A DNA stretch of 64,000 nt, from the NCBI GenBank assembly GCA_028289135.1, contig JAQGGW010000004.1:758-64757 (forward strand), read 5' to 3'. Source of the stretch: Candidatus Saccharimonadota bacterium. Lineage in GTDB: Bacteria; Patescibacteriota; Saccharimonadia; Saccharimonadales; JACDBH01. The notes under the pieces are model-generated. The model ran no database searches and had not been told where the DNA came from. It saw only the letters and a program-made list of their open reading frames with translations. The translations under genes and the position numbers were made by a program. Of this stretch, positions 28,516-37,764 are shown piece after piece (within the stretch, counting starts at the first letter, position 1; each line of letters begins with the position of its first letter).

Positions 28516-29088
28516 ATGAGCAGCGTTGCCATAATCCCCGGTTTTGCAGAGGGTAAATGGCATTATAAACCCATGCAGGCCGCACTTTTAAAATCCGGCT
28601 ATACGCTTGAAAAAAATATTGAAAAAGCGAATATTGTCATTGCACACTCGGGCGGGGTATTCTTTTTGCCGTTGACTGAAAAGTCTCAAACCATCGTCCT
28701 CATTGGGCCGCCATATTGGCCAGGCAAGCCGATTTTGCTTTGTATGGCCCAGAAAATCCACCTGGATTTTCATGCGCGCCAGCAGGAAAAGAAGCTCGGA
28801 TATTGGTTTATTAAGACTTTTTGGAATGGCATTTATACAGTTATTGACCTACTGCGCGCTTATATGCTCCTAAGTTACGTTCGTAAGCACGATCTAAAAG
28901 ACAGGCTGCCAAACAAAAAGATAATTATTATCCGTAATAAAAATGACGCGTGGTGCTCTCCCGACCTTATGGATATTCCGCACAAAAACCCTATAACTTT
29001 TTTTGAATTGCCCGGTGAACACGACGACTGCTGGATCCACCCAGAGCCTTATATTAAAATTCTCCAAAAATTTTCTAGAATAAACTAA
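28516..29088 (+). CDS. Small alpha/beta-hydrolase-like protein
   Basis: IIPG, AHSGG nucleophile elbow, then D and GEHD. Confidence 0.6.
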   Translation: MSSVAIIPGFAEGKWHYKPMQAALLKSGYTLEKNIEKANIVIAHSGGVFFLPLTEKSQTIVLIGPPYWPGKPILLCMAQKIHLDFHARQQEKKLGYWFIKTFWNGIYTVIDLLRAYMLLSYVRKHDLKDRLPNKKIIIIRNKNDAWCSPDLMDIPHKNPITFFELPGEHDDCWIHPEPYIKILQKFSRIN

Positions 29089-29972
29089 AGAACACGGTCG
29101 GCAACACGCAGTGCCAAACCACGAGCAGGGCGGTAAGACAGCAAAGTGGCTCCAATGGCTCCCGCGCCTCTAGCCGCAGCTTTGGCGCGTGCTTTCCACC
29201 TGTCAGGAAACGGCATGTGGAGGATAAATGGCGCAATACCTGCATTTTCTGACACTGGCGCTAATGCCAACTGACTTAAGCCCAGTTTAATTCCCATTGA
29301 TTTCTCGCCATATAAACCTTCCGCCAACGCAACACGGCCGGTCATATTAATCCGGTACTGATCGATTGTCCCGCGGTGATATCTTTCGTATTCGTTAATA
29401 TCGGTAATAGCTCCGCGCAAGTATTTAAGTGCCTTGTTTGAATGCTCTTCATGAGGCTCCTTTGCTTGCTCCATGTTAATGGCCTGGCGAAGAGCGAGAC
29501 TCCCAACATACATCCCGCTGGCAGCACGTTCGCGTATTGCTTCTTGAACTTTGTTTTTTAGAGCAATAGTACTATCTTCATTTTTTGATCTCTCATCTCT
29601 GGGATCTTTAACAATGGTATCGGTAGTCGTATCCGATACAGATGATTTTTCTTGCTCAGTTTTGGCTTTTTTCTTTCGTGCTTCTTGTGCAGATACCAAG
29701 TCAGTTGTGGTGCTTTGAACCAACTCATCGTGAACACCATAAGCTTCATCGGCCCACTGAACTGCCGGTTCCGTTAGCCCAATTCTGTCCAAACTGGCTG
29801 CAACGTCACGGCCTGCACGGCCTTTATTAAAAGGGCTTTCTACCGCACTGTCGTAGGCCGCCAGACGAAAACATAATGCTTCATCGTGCTGGCCTTCCAA
29901 ATGAGCAGTTTGCGCAGACTGCATAAGCTGGTCAAAGCTCATGATTTCAATATTTTCTAAATTTAAATTCAT
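29085..29972 (-). CDS. Hypothetical helical protein (orphan)
   Basis: 295-aa ORF, Ala/Arg-rich helices, TATAGT upstream. Confidence 0.7.
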   Translation of the reverse strand: MNLNLENIEIMSFDQLMQSAQTAHLEGQHDEALCFRLAAYDSAVESPFNKGRAGRDVAASLDRIGLTEPAVQWADEAYGVHDELVQSTTTDLVSAQEARKKKAKTEQEKSSVSDTTTDTIVKDPRDERSKNEDSTIALKNKVQEAIRERAASGMYVGSLALRQAINMEQAKEPHEEHSNKALKYLRGAITDINEYERYHRGTIDQYRINMTGRVALAEGLYGEKSMGIKLGLSQLALAPVSENAGIAPFILHMPFPDRWKARAKAAARGAGAIGATLLSYRPARGLALRVADRVL

Positions 29973-30017
29973 AGAAAATACTATAACATTATTATAAATA
30001 TTTCCAAATCTTCTCAG

Positions 30018-30512
30018 CTAATTTGACTGTACCGCTGCGCCGCTGTTGTCAATTGGCGCACCTGCACCTGGTCCGCCCTGGAAGCCGCCTTGTGCAGGGT
30101 TCAGCAAAATCCGCGCGGCTTTAGTTGTGTCCGCCGCGCTGGCGGTTACAATCACGGTGTCGCCAACCTTTATGTCGCTTACAGCGGCAGCTGCGCCGCT
30201 ATTCGTAACAACTGTTGAGCTGTCGATGGTCAAAGTCTTGGTCGTATTTGTGCGTGTGTCATTTACGGTAATGCTGGTTGTACTTACTGTAGTTACTGAT
30301 CCGAAAGTACCGTTACGCACGCCGCCGCGACGCCCGTTAAGCGTTACATTGCCGTTTACTGTCGTAATACTTTTAGCTGTTTTACCTTTTTGGTACTGCA
30401 TACCACCCAAAAAGCTCAGACCAATTACTACTGCAGACCCAGCCACGCCTAAGATTATTTTGTAACCAGTGTTGGAATTTTTATTGCGAAGGTCAGGAAG
30501 TTCGTGAGTCAT
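30018..30512 (-). CDS. Membrane-anchored protein (DUF5666-like), ABC accessory
   Basis: One TM; GSVTTVS...SDIKVGDTVIV; co-transcribed with the ABC genes. Confidence 0.7.
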   Translation of the reverse strand: MTHELPDLRNKNSNTGYKIILGVAGSAVVIGLSFLGGMQYQKGKTAKSITTVNGNVTLNGRRGGVRNGTFGSVTTVSTTSITVNDTRTNTTKTLTIDSSTVVTNSGAAAAVSDIKVGDTVIVTASAADTTKAARILLNPAQGGFQGGPGAGAPIDNSGAAVQSN

Positions 30513-31193
30513 TTATTTAGCTCCGTTTTTTACTAATTTACCATCACTGAGCCGGAAAGTTACATCTGTTTTGCCGGCAATATCAAGGTCATGCGTTACC
30601 ACCACGATTGTAGTTTTTTCGGTGCGGCTAAGGTTATGCAGCAGGTCAAAAATCAGCTTACCGGTTTGGTTGTCCAGGTTGCCTGTAGGCTCGTCGGCCA
30701 AGATGAGGGAAGGGTGGTTGGCCAGCGCCCGGGCAATGGCTACGCGCTGCTGTTCGCCGCCGCTCAAACGTCCTGGCTTGCGGTTTTGTTTGCCGCCTTC
30801 AAGCCCAACTTGGTTAAGCAGCTCTTTGGCGCGGACAAGACGCTTGGTTTTGCTTACGCCCGCAAACTCCATTGGCAGTACCACGTTTTCTATAGCGCTG
30901 AGGTTTGGTACGAGGTTATAGTTCTGAAAAACAAATCCGATTTTTTCGCATCGGTATTTAATGAGGGTGTGGTCATGTAGTTTTACAATGTCTTTTTCGC
31001 CGACCACAATGCTGCCGCTGGTTGGTTTGTCTAGCGCGCCGAGCAAACTCAGCAAAGTGCTCTTACCGCTGCCGCTTTTGCCAATTATACTGGCAAACTG
31101 ACCGTCGGGGACGCTGAACGAAACCCCGTCGATTGCGTTAACATTGCCGTCACCTGTTTTGAATGATTTGTGCAGGTCTTTAACTTGTAACAT
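30513..31193 (-). CDS. ABC transporter ATP-binding protein (LolD/MacB type)
   Basis: GKSGSGKST, LSGGEQQRV, ADEPTGNLD, VTHD. Confidence 0.95.
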   Translation of the reverse strand: MLQVKDLHKSFKTGDGNVNAIDGVSFSVPDGQFASIIGKSGSGKSTLLSLLGALDKPTSGSIVVGEKDIVKLHDHTLIKYRCEKIGFVFQNYNLVPNLSAIENVVLPMEFAGVSKTKRLVRAKELLNQVGLEGGKQNRKPGRLSGGEQQRVAIARALANHPSLILADEPTGNLDNQTGKLIFDLLHNLSRTEKTTIVVVTHDLDIAGKTDVTFRLSDGKLVKNGAK

Positions 31194-31214
31194 ATAGTCT
31201 CCTTTCTTGTAGAT

Positions 31215-32588
31215 TTATTCGGCTCTCATGACGTCGGCTGGTCTTACTTTGCTAATGAGCAGGGCAGGGATGGCGCTGCCAAGAATGGCAATCAGGAAGG
31301 CGATACCAACTCCGTCAAGCAAGGTGCCAGCGCCAACGCTGGTTTTAATATTTTTAATGTTTGTTACGCTATTGCTGCCAAAGCCTCTGATGCCGCGCGT
31401 ACGTACACCCGGGCCAGCTGTTTGGGTAGTTGAGCTTGAGCTGTTGTTTACTAAAACTTTTGTAACCGGATTTGCGGCGGCTATACCAATAACCAGCCCA
31501 ACTAACATGCCAAGAAAAGTAAGCGTAACTGCTTCGGAAATAAACTGCAGCATAGTTTTTAGGTTGCTTGATCCGATGGCTTTCATAACGCCAATTTCGC
31601 GGCGTCGCTCGCGGACAATCATCATCATAGTAAGTAAAATTATTACCGAACCGGCGACCAATGCGCCAATGAGGCTATAGAGAGAAATTGTTTTAACGCT
31701 TTCCAGCGGTTCAACGGCCGTCTTGGCGGTTGTTTGGTCGTTTGTAACATCAGCGGCCGTACCAAGCGCTGTTTTAATGGCTGTGGTCGCCGCGTCAATG
31801 TTGTCGATTGAATTAACGGTTGCAGTGGCGCTCGAAATTTGGCCAGCCTGTGCTGATAGTGTTTGCAGTGTTGCCAGCGGCATTAGCATGCCAGCGTTCG
31901 CGAACGTGTTGCCGGTGTCATATATGCCAACAACTTTTACTGTTGCGCCGTATGCGGTAAATGTCGAACCAACACTAAGTGAGTTTTTGGCCGCAAGAGC
32001 CTTGCCGACGACCGCGACATTTTCGGAGCTACTAGCATTAAATGCCGCGCCGCTTGTAAAGGTGACGCTGTCACCGCCATAAGCTGAAGCTGCTGAAACA
32101 TCGTTTACACCTGACACGATCAACGGCGGAGTAAAGGTGCGCTTTACTGTTGCCGTGCCATCTTGGCTTGCTGCAGCGCCTCCTGGAACGCCATCGGGCG
32201 GAGCCTGGAAACCGACACCAGAGTTACCGGCCTGGCGGTTGCCGAGCGTCCCAGCGTCAATTGCCGATACTAAATTTGTATCACTCGTCGTTAGGCGGTC
32301 CTGCAAAGCTTCGGTAACTTTCGTAACATTTGCAATGCTCGAAACTTTGGCAATTTCTGCCGTGGTCAGCGGCTCACCGCCGCCCTGAAAGCCACGGGCA
32401 CCTGCAGGCGAAATCGAAATGGTATTTCCAATAGTGCTTTTTATAGTTGTTATTTTTTGCTGCACAGCTTGGCGGGCACCCAGCATACTAAGCGCTAGGC
32501 CAACGCTCAGCCCCAGTATGACTACAATCGAAAACGTACGGATGGTATTGCGGAACGCATTCCGGATGCCACGGCTAACTACATTCAT
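31215..32588 (-). CDS. ABC transporter permease (MacB/FtsX-like)
   Basis: TM, large extracytoplasmic domain, then ERRREIGVMKAIG and 3 TM. Confidence 0.9.
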   Translation of the reverse strand: MNVVSRGIRNAFRNTIRTFSIVVILGLSVGLALSMLGARQAVQQKITTIKSTIGNTISISPAGARGFQGGGEPLTTAEIAKVSSIANVTKVTEALQDRLTTSDTNLVSAIDAGTLGNRQAGNSGVGFQAPPDGVPGGAAASQDGTATVKRTFTPPLIVSGVNDVSAASAYGGDSVTFTSGAAFNASSSENVAVVGKALAAKNSLSVGSTFTAYGATVKVVGIYDTGNTFANAGMLMPLATLQTLSAQAGQISSATATVNSIDNIDAATTAIKTALGTAADVTNDQTTAKTAVEPLESVKTISLYSLIGALVAGSVIILLTMMMIVRERRREIGVMKAIGSSNLKTMLQFISEAVTLTFLGMLVGLVIGIAAANPVTKVLVNNSSSSTTQTAGPGVRTRGIRGFGSNSVTNIKNIKTSVGAGTLLDGVGIAFLIAILGSAIPALLISKVRPADVMRAE

Positions 32589-32768
32589 ATTTTTCCTTTA
32601 AATTATGTATTTGATAATAGTCTCAGTTAACTATTACTTACTTAAAATAAGCTGATAAAACTGCAATAATTAACATCTGTTATTTTGTTGTTTAACAGAG
32701 ACACGGCAGCGCTTGACACGGCCTTTAGTACACCCGCTGTCAAGAGCCTTGGCTGTATCTGTTAGCAA

Positions 32769-33785
32769 TTATTGCGGCAATGAAACTGTAAAAGTTGTGC
32801 CTTTGCCAATTTTGCTAGTGGCCGAAATAGCACCTTTATGCGCGTCAACAATCGCCCGGGCAACGCTCAAACCAAGGCCGTAGCCGGTAGCAACTTTTGT
32901 TTTGGTGCGCGATTGGTCGGCGCGGTAAAATCGTTCAAAAATGTGCGGCAGGTCGGTTTCTTTAATGCCTATGCCTTTGTCGCTAACAGTGACATCAACG
33001 CGTCCGTCGTCCTGCCCAGCCGTAACACTAATCTGTGTTTTTTCACTGCCGTATTTAATGGCGTTGTCTAGCAAAATTACAAACAGCTCAACCAGCTGGT
33101 CACGGTCACCATGCACGGTCGTCACAGCCGTTTCAGGAAGCTTAATAGTCATGTTATGAAGCTTAAGCGGCACAGCCACACGGGCTGCCGCGTCGCCTAA
33201 AATGTCCGTCACCGCTTCGTCTTTCCAATTTTTGTCATCAGTCTCATGGCTGTTTTTTGCTAGGCGGAGCAGGGCGGCAGTCAGGCTTTCAAGCTTTATA
33301 ATTTCTTCTAAGTTGCTGCTTAAGATTTCGCGCGATTCTGTGCCGGTAAGCTTATTAGAGCGCAAAGCAACTTCAATTTCTGTTTTCATAACTGTCAATG
33401 GTGTGCGCAGCTCATGCGCGGCATCACTCGTAAAACGGCTTTGGGCAGCCATGGCTTCTTCAAGCGGTTCCAAGCTTTTTTCGGCAAGATATAGGCTAAG
33501 CGCGGTGCCTGCGGCAAGCATGGCAATATTTAGCACCACTAAGCGCCAGAAGAGCATTGACCTAAAATGATCCAACCCATCATTGCGGATCCGATCGATG
33601 GTTGAAGGCGGCGCAAAATAGAGGTTACCGCGCAGCTGGTTGGCCTGGCGCCTAAAACCAACACCGACTTCGTGAGTCGACTCATAATAAAAAATGGCGC
33701 TAAAGGCAATTGAAAGCACCATAATAATTCCAAGGTACGTCAGGGCAAGGCGGGTTCGGTGGGACAGTTTTTTGTAGGCATTCAT
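32769..33785 (-). CDS. Sensor histidine kinase
   Basis: AAHELRTPL, LLDNAIKY, DKGIGI, FERFYR, GYGLGL. Confidence 0.93.
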   Translation of the reverse strand: MNAYKKLSHRTRLALTYLGIIMVLSIAFSAIFYYESTHEVGVGFRRQANQLRGNLYFAPPSTIDRIRNDGLDHFRSMLFWRLVVLNIAMLAAGTALSLYLAEKSLEPLEEAMAAQSRFTSDAAHELRTPLTVMKTEIEVALRSNKLTGTESREILSSNLEEIIKLESLTAALLRLAKNSHETDDKNWKDEAVTDILGDAAARVAVPLKLHNMTIKLPETAVTTVHGDRDQLVELFVILLDNAIKYGSEKTQISVTAGQDDGRVDVTVSDKGIGIKETDLPHIFERFYRADQSRTKTKVATGYGLGLSVARAIVDAHKGAISATSKIGKGTTFTVSLPQ

Positions 33786-33787
33786 AT

Positions 33788-34459
33788 CTAGGCTACTATT
33801 TTATACCCAAAGCCGCGAACTGTTTGCACCAAAGTACTTTTAAAAGGGCGGTCGATCTTGTTGCGCAAATATCCGACATAAACTTCAACAGTGTTTGGCA
33901 AAATGTCATCGTCATCGCTCCAAACGTGTGTAATCAACTCATCCTTGCTAACAACCCGGCCTTTGTGGCGAAGCAAATATTCCAGCAGGCTAAATTCTTT
34001 TGCGGTTAATCGAACGCTCTTCGCACCGTAAGTAACTACTTTTGTAGCTGGTTCCAGTCTTAGTTTTCCAGCGCTCAGTTTTGTCTGGTCAAGCCCTGCT
34101 GGACGGCGGAGAAGAGCGTGGATGCGGGCAACAAGTTCGTCAAAAGCAAACGGTTTGGCCAGGTAATCATCAGCGCCGCCATTAAGCCCAGCGACTTTTG
34201 CCCCCACAGAATCGCGGGCGGTTAGCATCAAAATCGGCGTTTTAGTACCTTTTTTACGAAGCTCTTCGCAGACCGCTTTGCCATCAATGCTGCCGGGCAG
34301 CATCCAATCCAGAACAATAGCGTCATAGTCGCCGCTCAGACCATAGCTCAGGCCGCTGTCGCCGTCTTCCACGACGTCAACGCTAAAGGCTTCCTGCTCA
34401 AGCCCCCGCTTTATGGCTGCTGCAATTTTCGGTTCGTCTTCGACAACTAATATTCTCAT
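33788..34459 (-). CDS. OmpR/PhoB-family response regulator
   Basis: VVEDE, LDWMLP, GADDYLAKPF, winged helix VRGFGY. Confidence 0.95.
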   Translation of the reverse strand: MRILVVEDEPKIAAAIKRGLEQEAFSVDVVEDGDSGLSYGLSGDYDAIVLDWMLPGSIDGKAVCEELRKKGTKTPILMLTARDSVGAKVAGLNGGADDYLAKPFAFDELVARIHALLRRPAGLDQTKLSAGKLRLEPATKVVTYGAKSVRLTAKEFSLLEYLLRHKGRVVSKDELITHVWSDDDDILPNTVEVYVGYLRNKIDRPFKSTLVQTVRGFGYKIVA

Positions 34460-34465
34460 GCGAGC

Positions 34466-34500
34466 AGTATATCCTCAGAATGCTGAAAACAAACTGAAAA
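34466..34500 (-). promoter_or_regulatory. Putative autoregulatory direct repeat plus -10 box
   Basis: TTTTCAG twice with 11-bp period (34483-34500), upstream of TATACT (34466-34471), 6 nt before the ATG. Confidence 0.5.
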
Positions 34501-34531
34501 ATCTTACACGAAAATATAGAAATGTTAGTAT

Positions 34532-35329
34532 ATGTCTATGCAGGATTATTGGATAAAGCAAACTGTGGATAAACCGGCGTTCCCAGACATTTTGTGGTCG
34601 CGGCCGGAGAGCAAGCATGCCGCAGGCAAGCTTTTGATTATTGGAGGCAATGCACATGGGTTTATTGACGTTGGACTAAGTTACCAGCATGCTGTAAATG
34701 CAGGCGCGGGAACAGTACGTGTTTTATTGCCGGACGCTTTGCAAAAAACCGTCGGGCGGACTTTGGAAAACTGTGAATACGCGCCCAGCACTCCAAGCGG
34801 CAGCTTTGCCAAAACCGCATTAACGGAGCTAATGATCCACGCCAGTTGGGCAGACTGCGTACTGCTGGCGGGTGAATTTGGCCGCAACAGCGAAACCGCA
34901 ATTATGCTGGAATCTTTTGTAGAAAAGTACAGCGGGCCATTGGTTGTAACGCGGGACGCGGTAGATTATTTCTTTAGCCATTCGCAGCTTTTAATGGACA
35001 GGCCGCTGACATGCATTGTTGGGTCTTTGGGGCAAATCCAAAAGCTAGCCGCCAATAGTCATTTTCCCCAAGCAATCACAACGAGCCTGGATATTATCCG
35101 CTTGGTCGGAGTACTGCATGACTTAAATAAGCTTCACACTGCGCACATCATTACCCACCAGCTTGGCACCACGATCGTTGCCGCCGAAGATAAAATAAGC
35201 AGCACAAAAACCGGCTCCAACGAAGACATCTGGCGAGTCCCAACCGCTGCCGCGGCTGCCGTCTACTGGATGCAAAGTCTTAGTAAACCGTTCGAATCAT
35301 TGACTACTTCTCTTGCATTAGTTAATTAA
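34532..35329 (+). CDS. NAD(P)HX dehydratase-like (YjeF C-terminal) protein, divergent
   Basis: GKLLIIGG...AGAGTVRV; typical C-terminal motifs are degenerate. Confidence 0.65.
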   Translation: MSMQDYWIKQTVDKPAFPDILWSRPESKHAAGKLLIIGGNAHGFIDVGLSYQHAVNAGAGTVRVLLPDALQKTVGRTLENCEYAPSTPSGSFAKTALTELMIHASWADCVLLAGEFGRNSETAIMLESFVEKYSGPLVVTRDAVDYFFSHSQLLMDRPLTCIVGSLGQIQKLAANSHFPQAITTSLDIIRLVGVLHDLNKLHTAHIITHQLGTTIVAAEDKISSTKTGSNEDIWRVPTAAAAAVYWMQSLSKPFESLTTSLALVN

Positions 35330-35347
35330 AAGTGTTATTATATTTAC

Positions 35348-35524
35348 ATGTCATCGCAAGAAAAAATTCGTAACGATAGAGCCGTGAAAATGATAGCTGA
35401 AAGAAACGGTAGTTTTGCTACGCATCACAAAGACTATAGATACGCGCGTGCACGAGGCGCACAAATTGAAGCCTATAAAAAATGGCAAGCTTTAAAACAC
35501 TTGGAGCCAGACTCATATGCTTAG
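35348..35524 (+). CDS. 58-aa upstream ORF, probable N-terminal part of a frameshifted gene
   Basis: MSSQEKIRND...; TTGCAT-17 bp-TATTAT promoter 6 nt before the ATG; overlaps the next ORF in the -1 frame. Confidence 0.55.
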   Translation: MSSQEKIRNDRAVKMIAERNGSFATHHKDYRYARARGAQIEAYKKWQALKHLEPDSYA

Positions 35525-36255
35525 AAGCAGCTCTAGAATTAGCAAGCGATGCTTATAGTGATCAGGAGCGTGATCACTTCTCGGAAGATATTTATGAAAC
35601 AGCCGCAAAAATAAAGGAAACCATACCATATGCAGCACCAACCGATCTAAGTCGTTTTCTAGCAATACGTGTTTTGCCTAATATACCTGCGCTTATGAAA
35701 ATAAAAGTATTTCAGGAAAAACCTAACGAAGTGCAATTACAAAAAGCCTTTGACACACATAGGGTTGACCTAAACACAGAAAATAAAGCACTTAGAGAAC
35801 TAATTGGTGATACTCCTACTCCCGAACTAAATGGAGTCCTTGCAGAATCTTTCGTATTATTATCTTTGCAACGATATGCACTTAAAACCCATCCTGATAT
35901 GACTTGGGTTCCATTGCCTTCGGTGGGAAGAGAAGATTCTACTGGATCTGAAGGATCAGTTTTTCAGCCAACATGGGACATATCCGTCTATACTGCACTC
36001 GATGAACAGCCTGAACTTACATATAAAGTTCAGGTAAAAAAGGGCAGGGAAGGTTTATATCCCCGACAATATGCTGATGACATAACCATGGTTTACGCAT
36101 GCGAGGATCTTGCATTTCCATCTGAAAGAAATGTAAACAATAGTAGTTATGTATCAGTACCACGTTTATTAAGAGAAATCGCACCAGATGCGGATAGTCG
36201 TGCGGTAGATCGTTGGGACTCTCGCACCGAAAAGTTATTAGACATATTAAACTAA
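35482..36255 (+). CDS. Hypothetical protein, possible PD-(D/E)xK nuclease fold
   Basis: AT-rich ORF with GVLAE...WDISV...KVQVK pattern. Confidence 0.6.
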   Translation: MASFKTLGARLICLEAALELASDAYSDQERDHFSEDIYETAAKIKETIPYAAPTDLSRFLAIRVLPNIPALMKIKVFQEKPNEVQLQKAFDTHRVDLNTENKALRELIGDTPTPELNGVLAESFVLLSLQRYALKTHPDMTWVPLPSVGREDSTGSEGSVFQPTWDISVYTALDEQPELTYKVQVKKGREGLYPRQYADDITMVYACEDLAFPSERNVNNSSYVSVPRLLREIAPDADSRAVDRWDSRTEKLLDILN

Positions 36256-36271
36256 TTTTGAAAGTAAAAAA

Positions 36272-36303
36272 TAAACCCACAAACATTTAAGTTTGTGGGT
36301 TTA
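36272..36303. terminator. Hairpin terminator between convergent ORF and tRNA-Leu
   Basis: TAAACCCACAAAC...GTTTGTGGGTTTA perfect 13-bp stem. Confidence 0.8.
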
Positions 36304-36323
36304 CATTCAAGATACACTTTGTT

Positions 36324-36409
36324 TGGTGGGCAAGGAGAGACTTGAACTCTCACGAACTTGCGTTCACAGGATTTTGAGTCCAGCGCGTCTACCATTCCGC
36401 CACTCGCCC
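36324..36409 (-). tRNA. tRNA-Leu(CAA)
   Basis: Reverse complement GGGCGAG...GGA-CT-CAA-AA-TCC, long variable arm, GTTCAAGTC, CCA end. Confidence 0.93.
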
Positions 36410-36488
36410 ATTATCACCAGGATGATGATATATGTATCAGAACAGATGAGATTATACTATACTAATGTAAGCATTAACCAGCATAAGC

Positions 36489-37763
36489 ATGAATGACGAC
36501 AATATAAATAACCTACAGCCGAGCATGCCGCCCATCATAAAGGGCAAAGGCTCATTCATGGCGGGCAAGAATAATCCAGCGGCGGATTTAATCCGCCAAA
36601 AACTCCATGCCCTCTATGCCAACGAGCCTGATGTTGTTGAAGAAGCCGTGGAAACAGCTGTTTTGCCATCAAAACATTCCAAACACCAGCAATTTATGCA
36701 CGAATTGTCAGCATCCGGCAAACCGTTGGCAGTCATCCAGACCGAATGGCATAACTACTACACGCATCTGGACGACGAAGGCAAACGCCAGGTTTGGCAG
36801 GAGTTTTATGCCGCCAACGAGCAGCAATCTTCTTATTTTAAAGCCCAAACGCACGCAGCACAGCTGCAGCCAGTTTCGCAGCCAGTACCTGAACAGCCCC
36901 AGGTAATAGCCGCGAACCCGGAGCCGGCCTTTGCAACAATAGAAGCCGCCACCCGCTCAGCTGCCCAAACACGTGCTAGCGCCCTGCGGTCCGTAGCCGA
37001 GCTTAAAAAACAGATTACAAGCAAAGTCCGCGTCCGCGGCAAACTATCTAAAAAACAGCACATGCAGTCGCTCGGCTTTGGCCTCAGTATGGGCGCGGTC
37101 GTAATCATCATCTTGCTGTTTGGCTTTTTTAATGAACGCTTTATCGCGCCATTTATTACCCCCAGCCGCAATGTTAGCGCCACGCCGCTTATTTTGGACC
37201 CCAATAACGCCACCGTGGACGCCAGCCCGCAGGTTATTATCCCCAAAATAAACGTCCAGGCACCAGTTGTTTACGACGTTCCGACAATTAACGAAAACGA
37301 CGTTGAATCCGGTTTGGAACGCGGGATTGTACATTACGTCACCACCAGCAACCCCGGAGAACAGGGAAACTCAGTCTTTTTTGGACACAGCAGTAGCAAC
37401 ATCCTAAACCGCGGCAAATATAAGTTTGCTTTTGTGCTGCTTAGCTGGCTCAACGAAGGCGACACGTTTTATCTGCAAAAGGGCGGTGTACGTTATGTCT
37501 ACAAGGTATTTGAGAAAAAGATTGTACCACCTAGCGATGTCAGCGTTTTAAACCCCGTTGACGGCCACATATCGACCGCCACACTAATTACCTGCGACCC
37601 CCCGGGCACTAATGTTAACCGCCTTATTATTGTCGGCGACCAGATTAGCCCAGACCCAGGCGGCAACGCGGCCAGCACAGCGCTTAAAACCGATGCTAAA
37701 CCCGCCAAACTGGCCGGCAATTCCGAGTCTTTGTGGCACCGGATAGTACACGCAATCTTCTAA
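36489..37763 (+). CDS. Sortase with long N-terminal extension
   Basis: IIPKINV, FGHSS (His), TLITC (Cys), downstream Arg; internal TM. Confidence 0.88.
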   Translation: MNDDNINNLQPSMPPIIKGKGSFMAGKNNPAADLIRQKLHALYANEPDVVEEAVETAVLPSKHSKHQQFMHELSASGKPLAVIQTEWHNYYTHLDDEGKRQVWQEFYAANEQQSSYFKAQTHAAQLQPVSQPVPEQPQVIAANPEPAFATIEAATRSAAQTRASALRSVAELKKQITSKVRVRGKLSKKQHMQSLGFGLSMGAVVIIILLFGFFNERFIAPFITPSRNVSATPLILDPNNATVDASPQVIIPKINVQAPVVYDVPTINENDVESGLERGIVHYVTTSNPGEQGNSVFFGHSSSNILNRGKYKFAFVLLSWLNEGDTFYLQKGGVRYVYKVFEKKIVPPSDVSVLNPVDGHISTATLITCDPPGTNVNRLIIVGDQISPDPGGNAASTALKTDAKPAKLAGNSESLWHRIVHAIF

Positions 37764-37764
37764 C

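Noticed and set aside
36293..36496. 67-aa ORF
   Set aside because: Antisense to tRNA-Leu.
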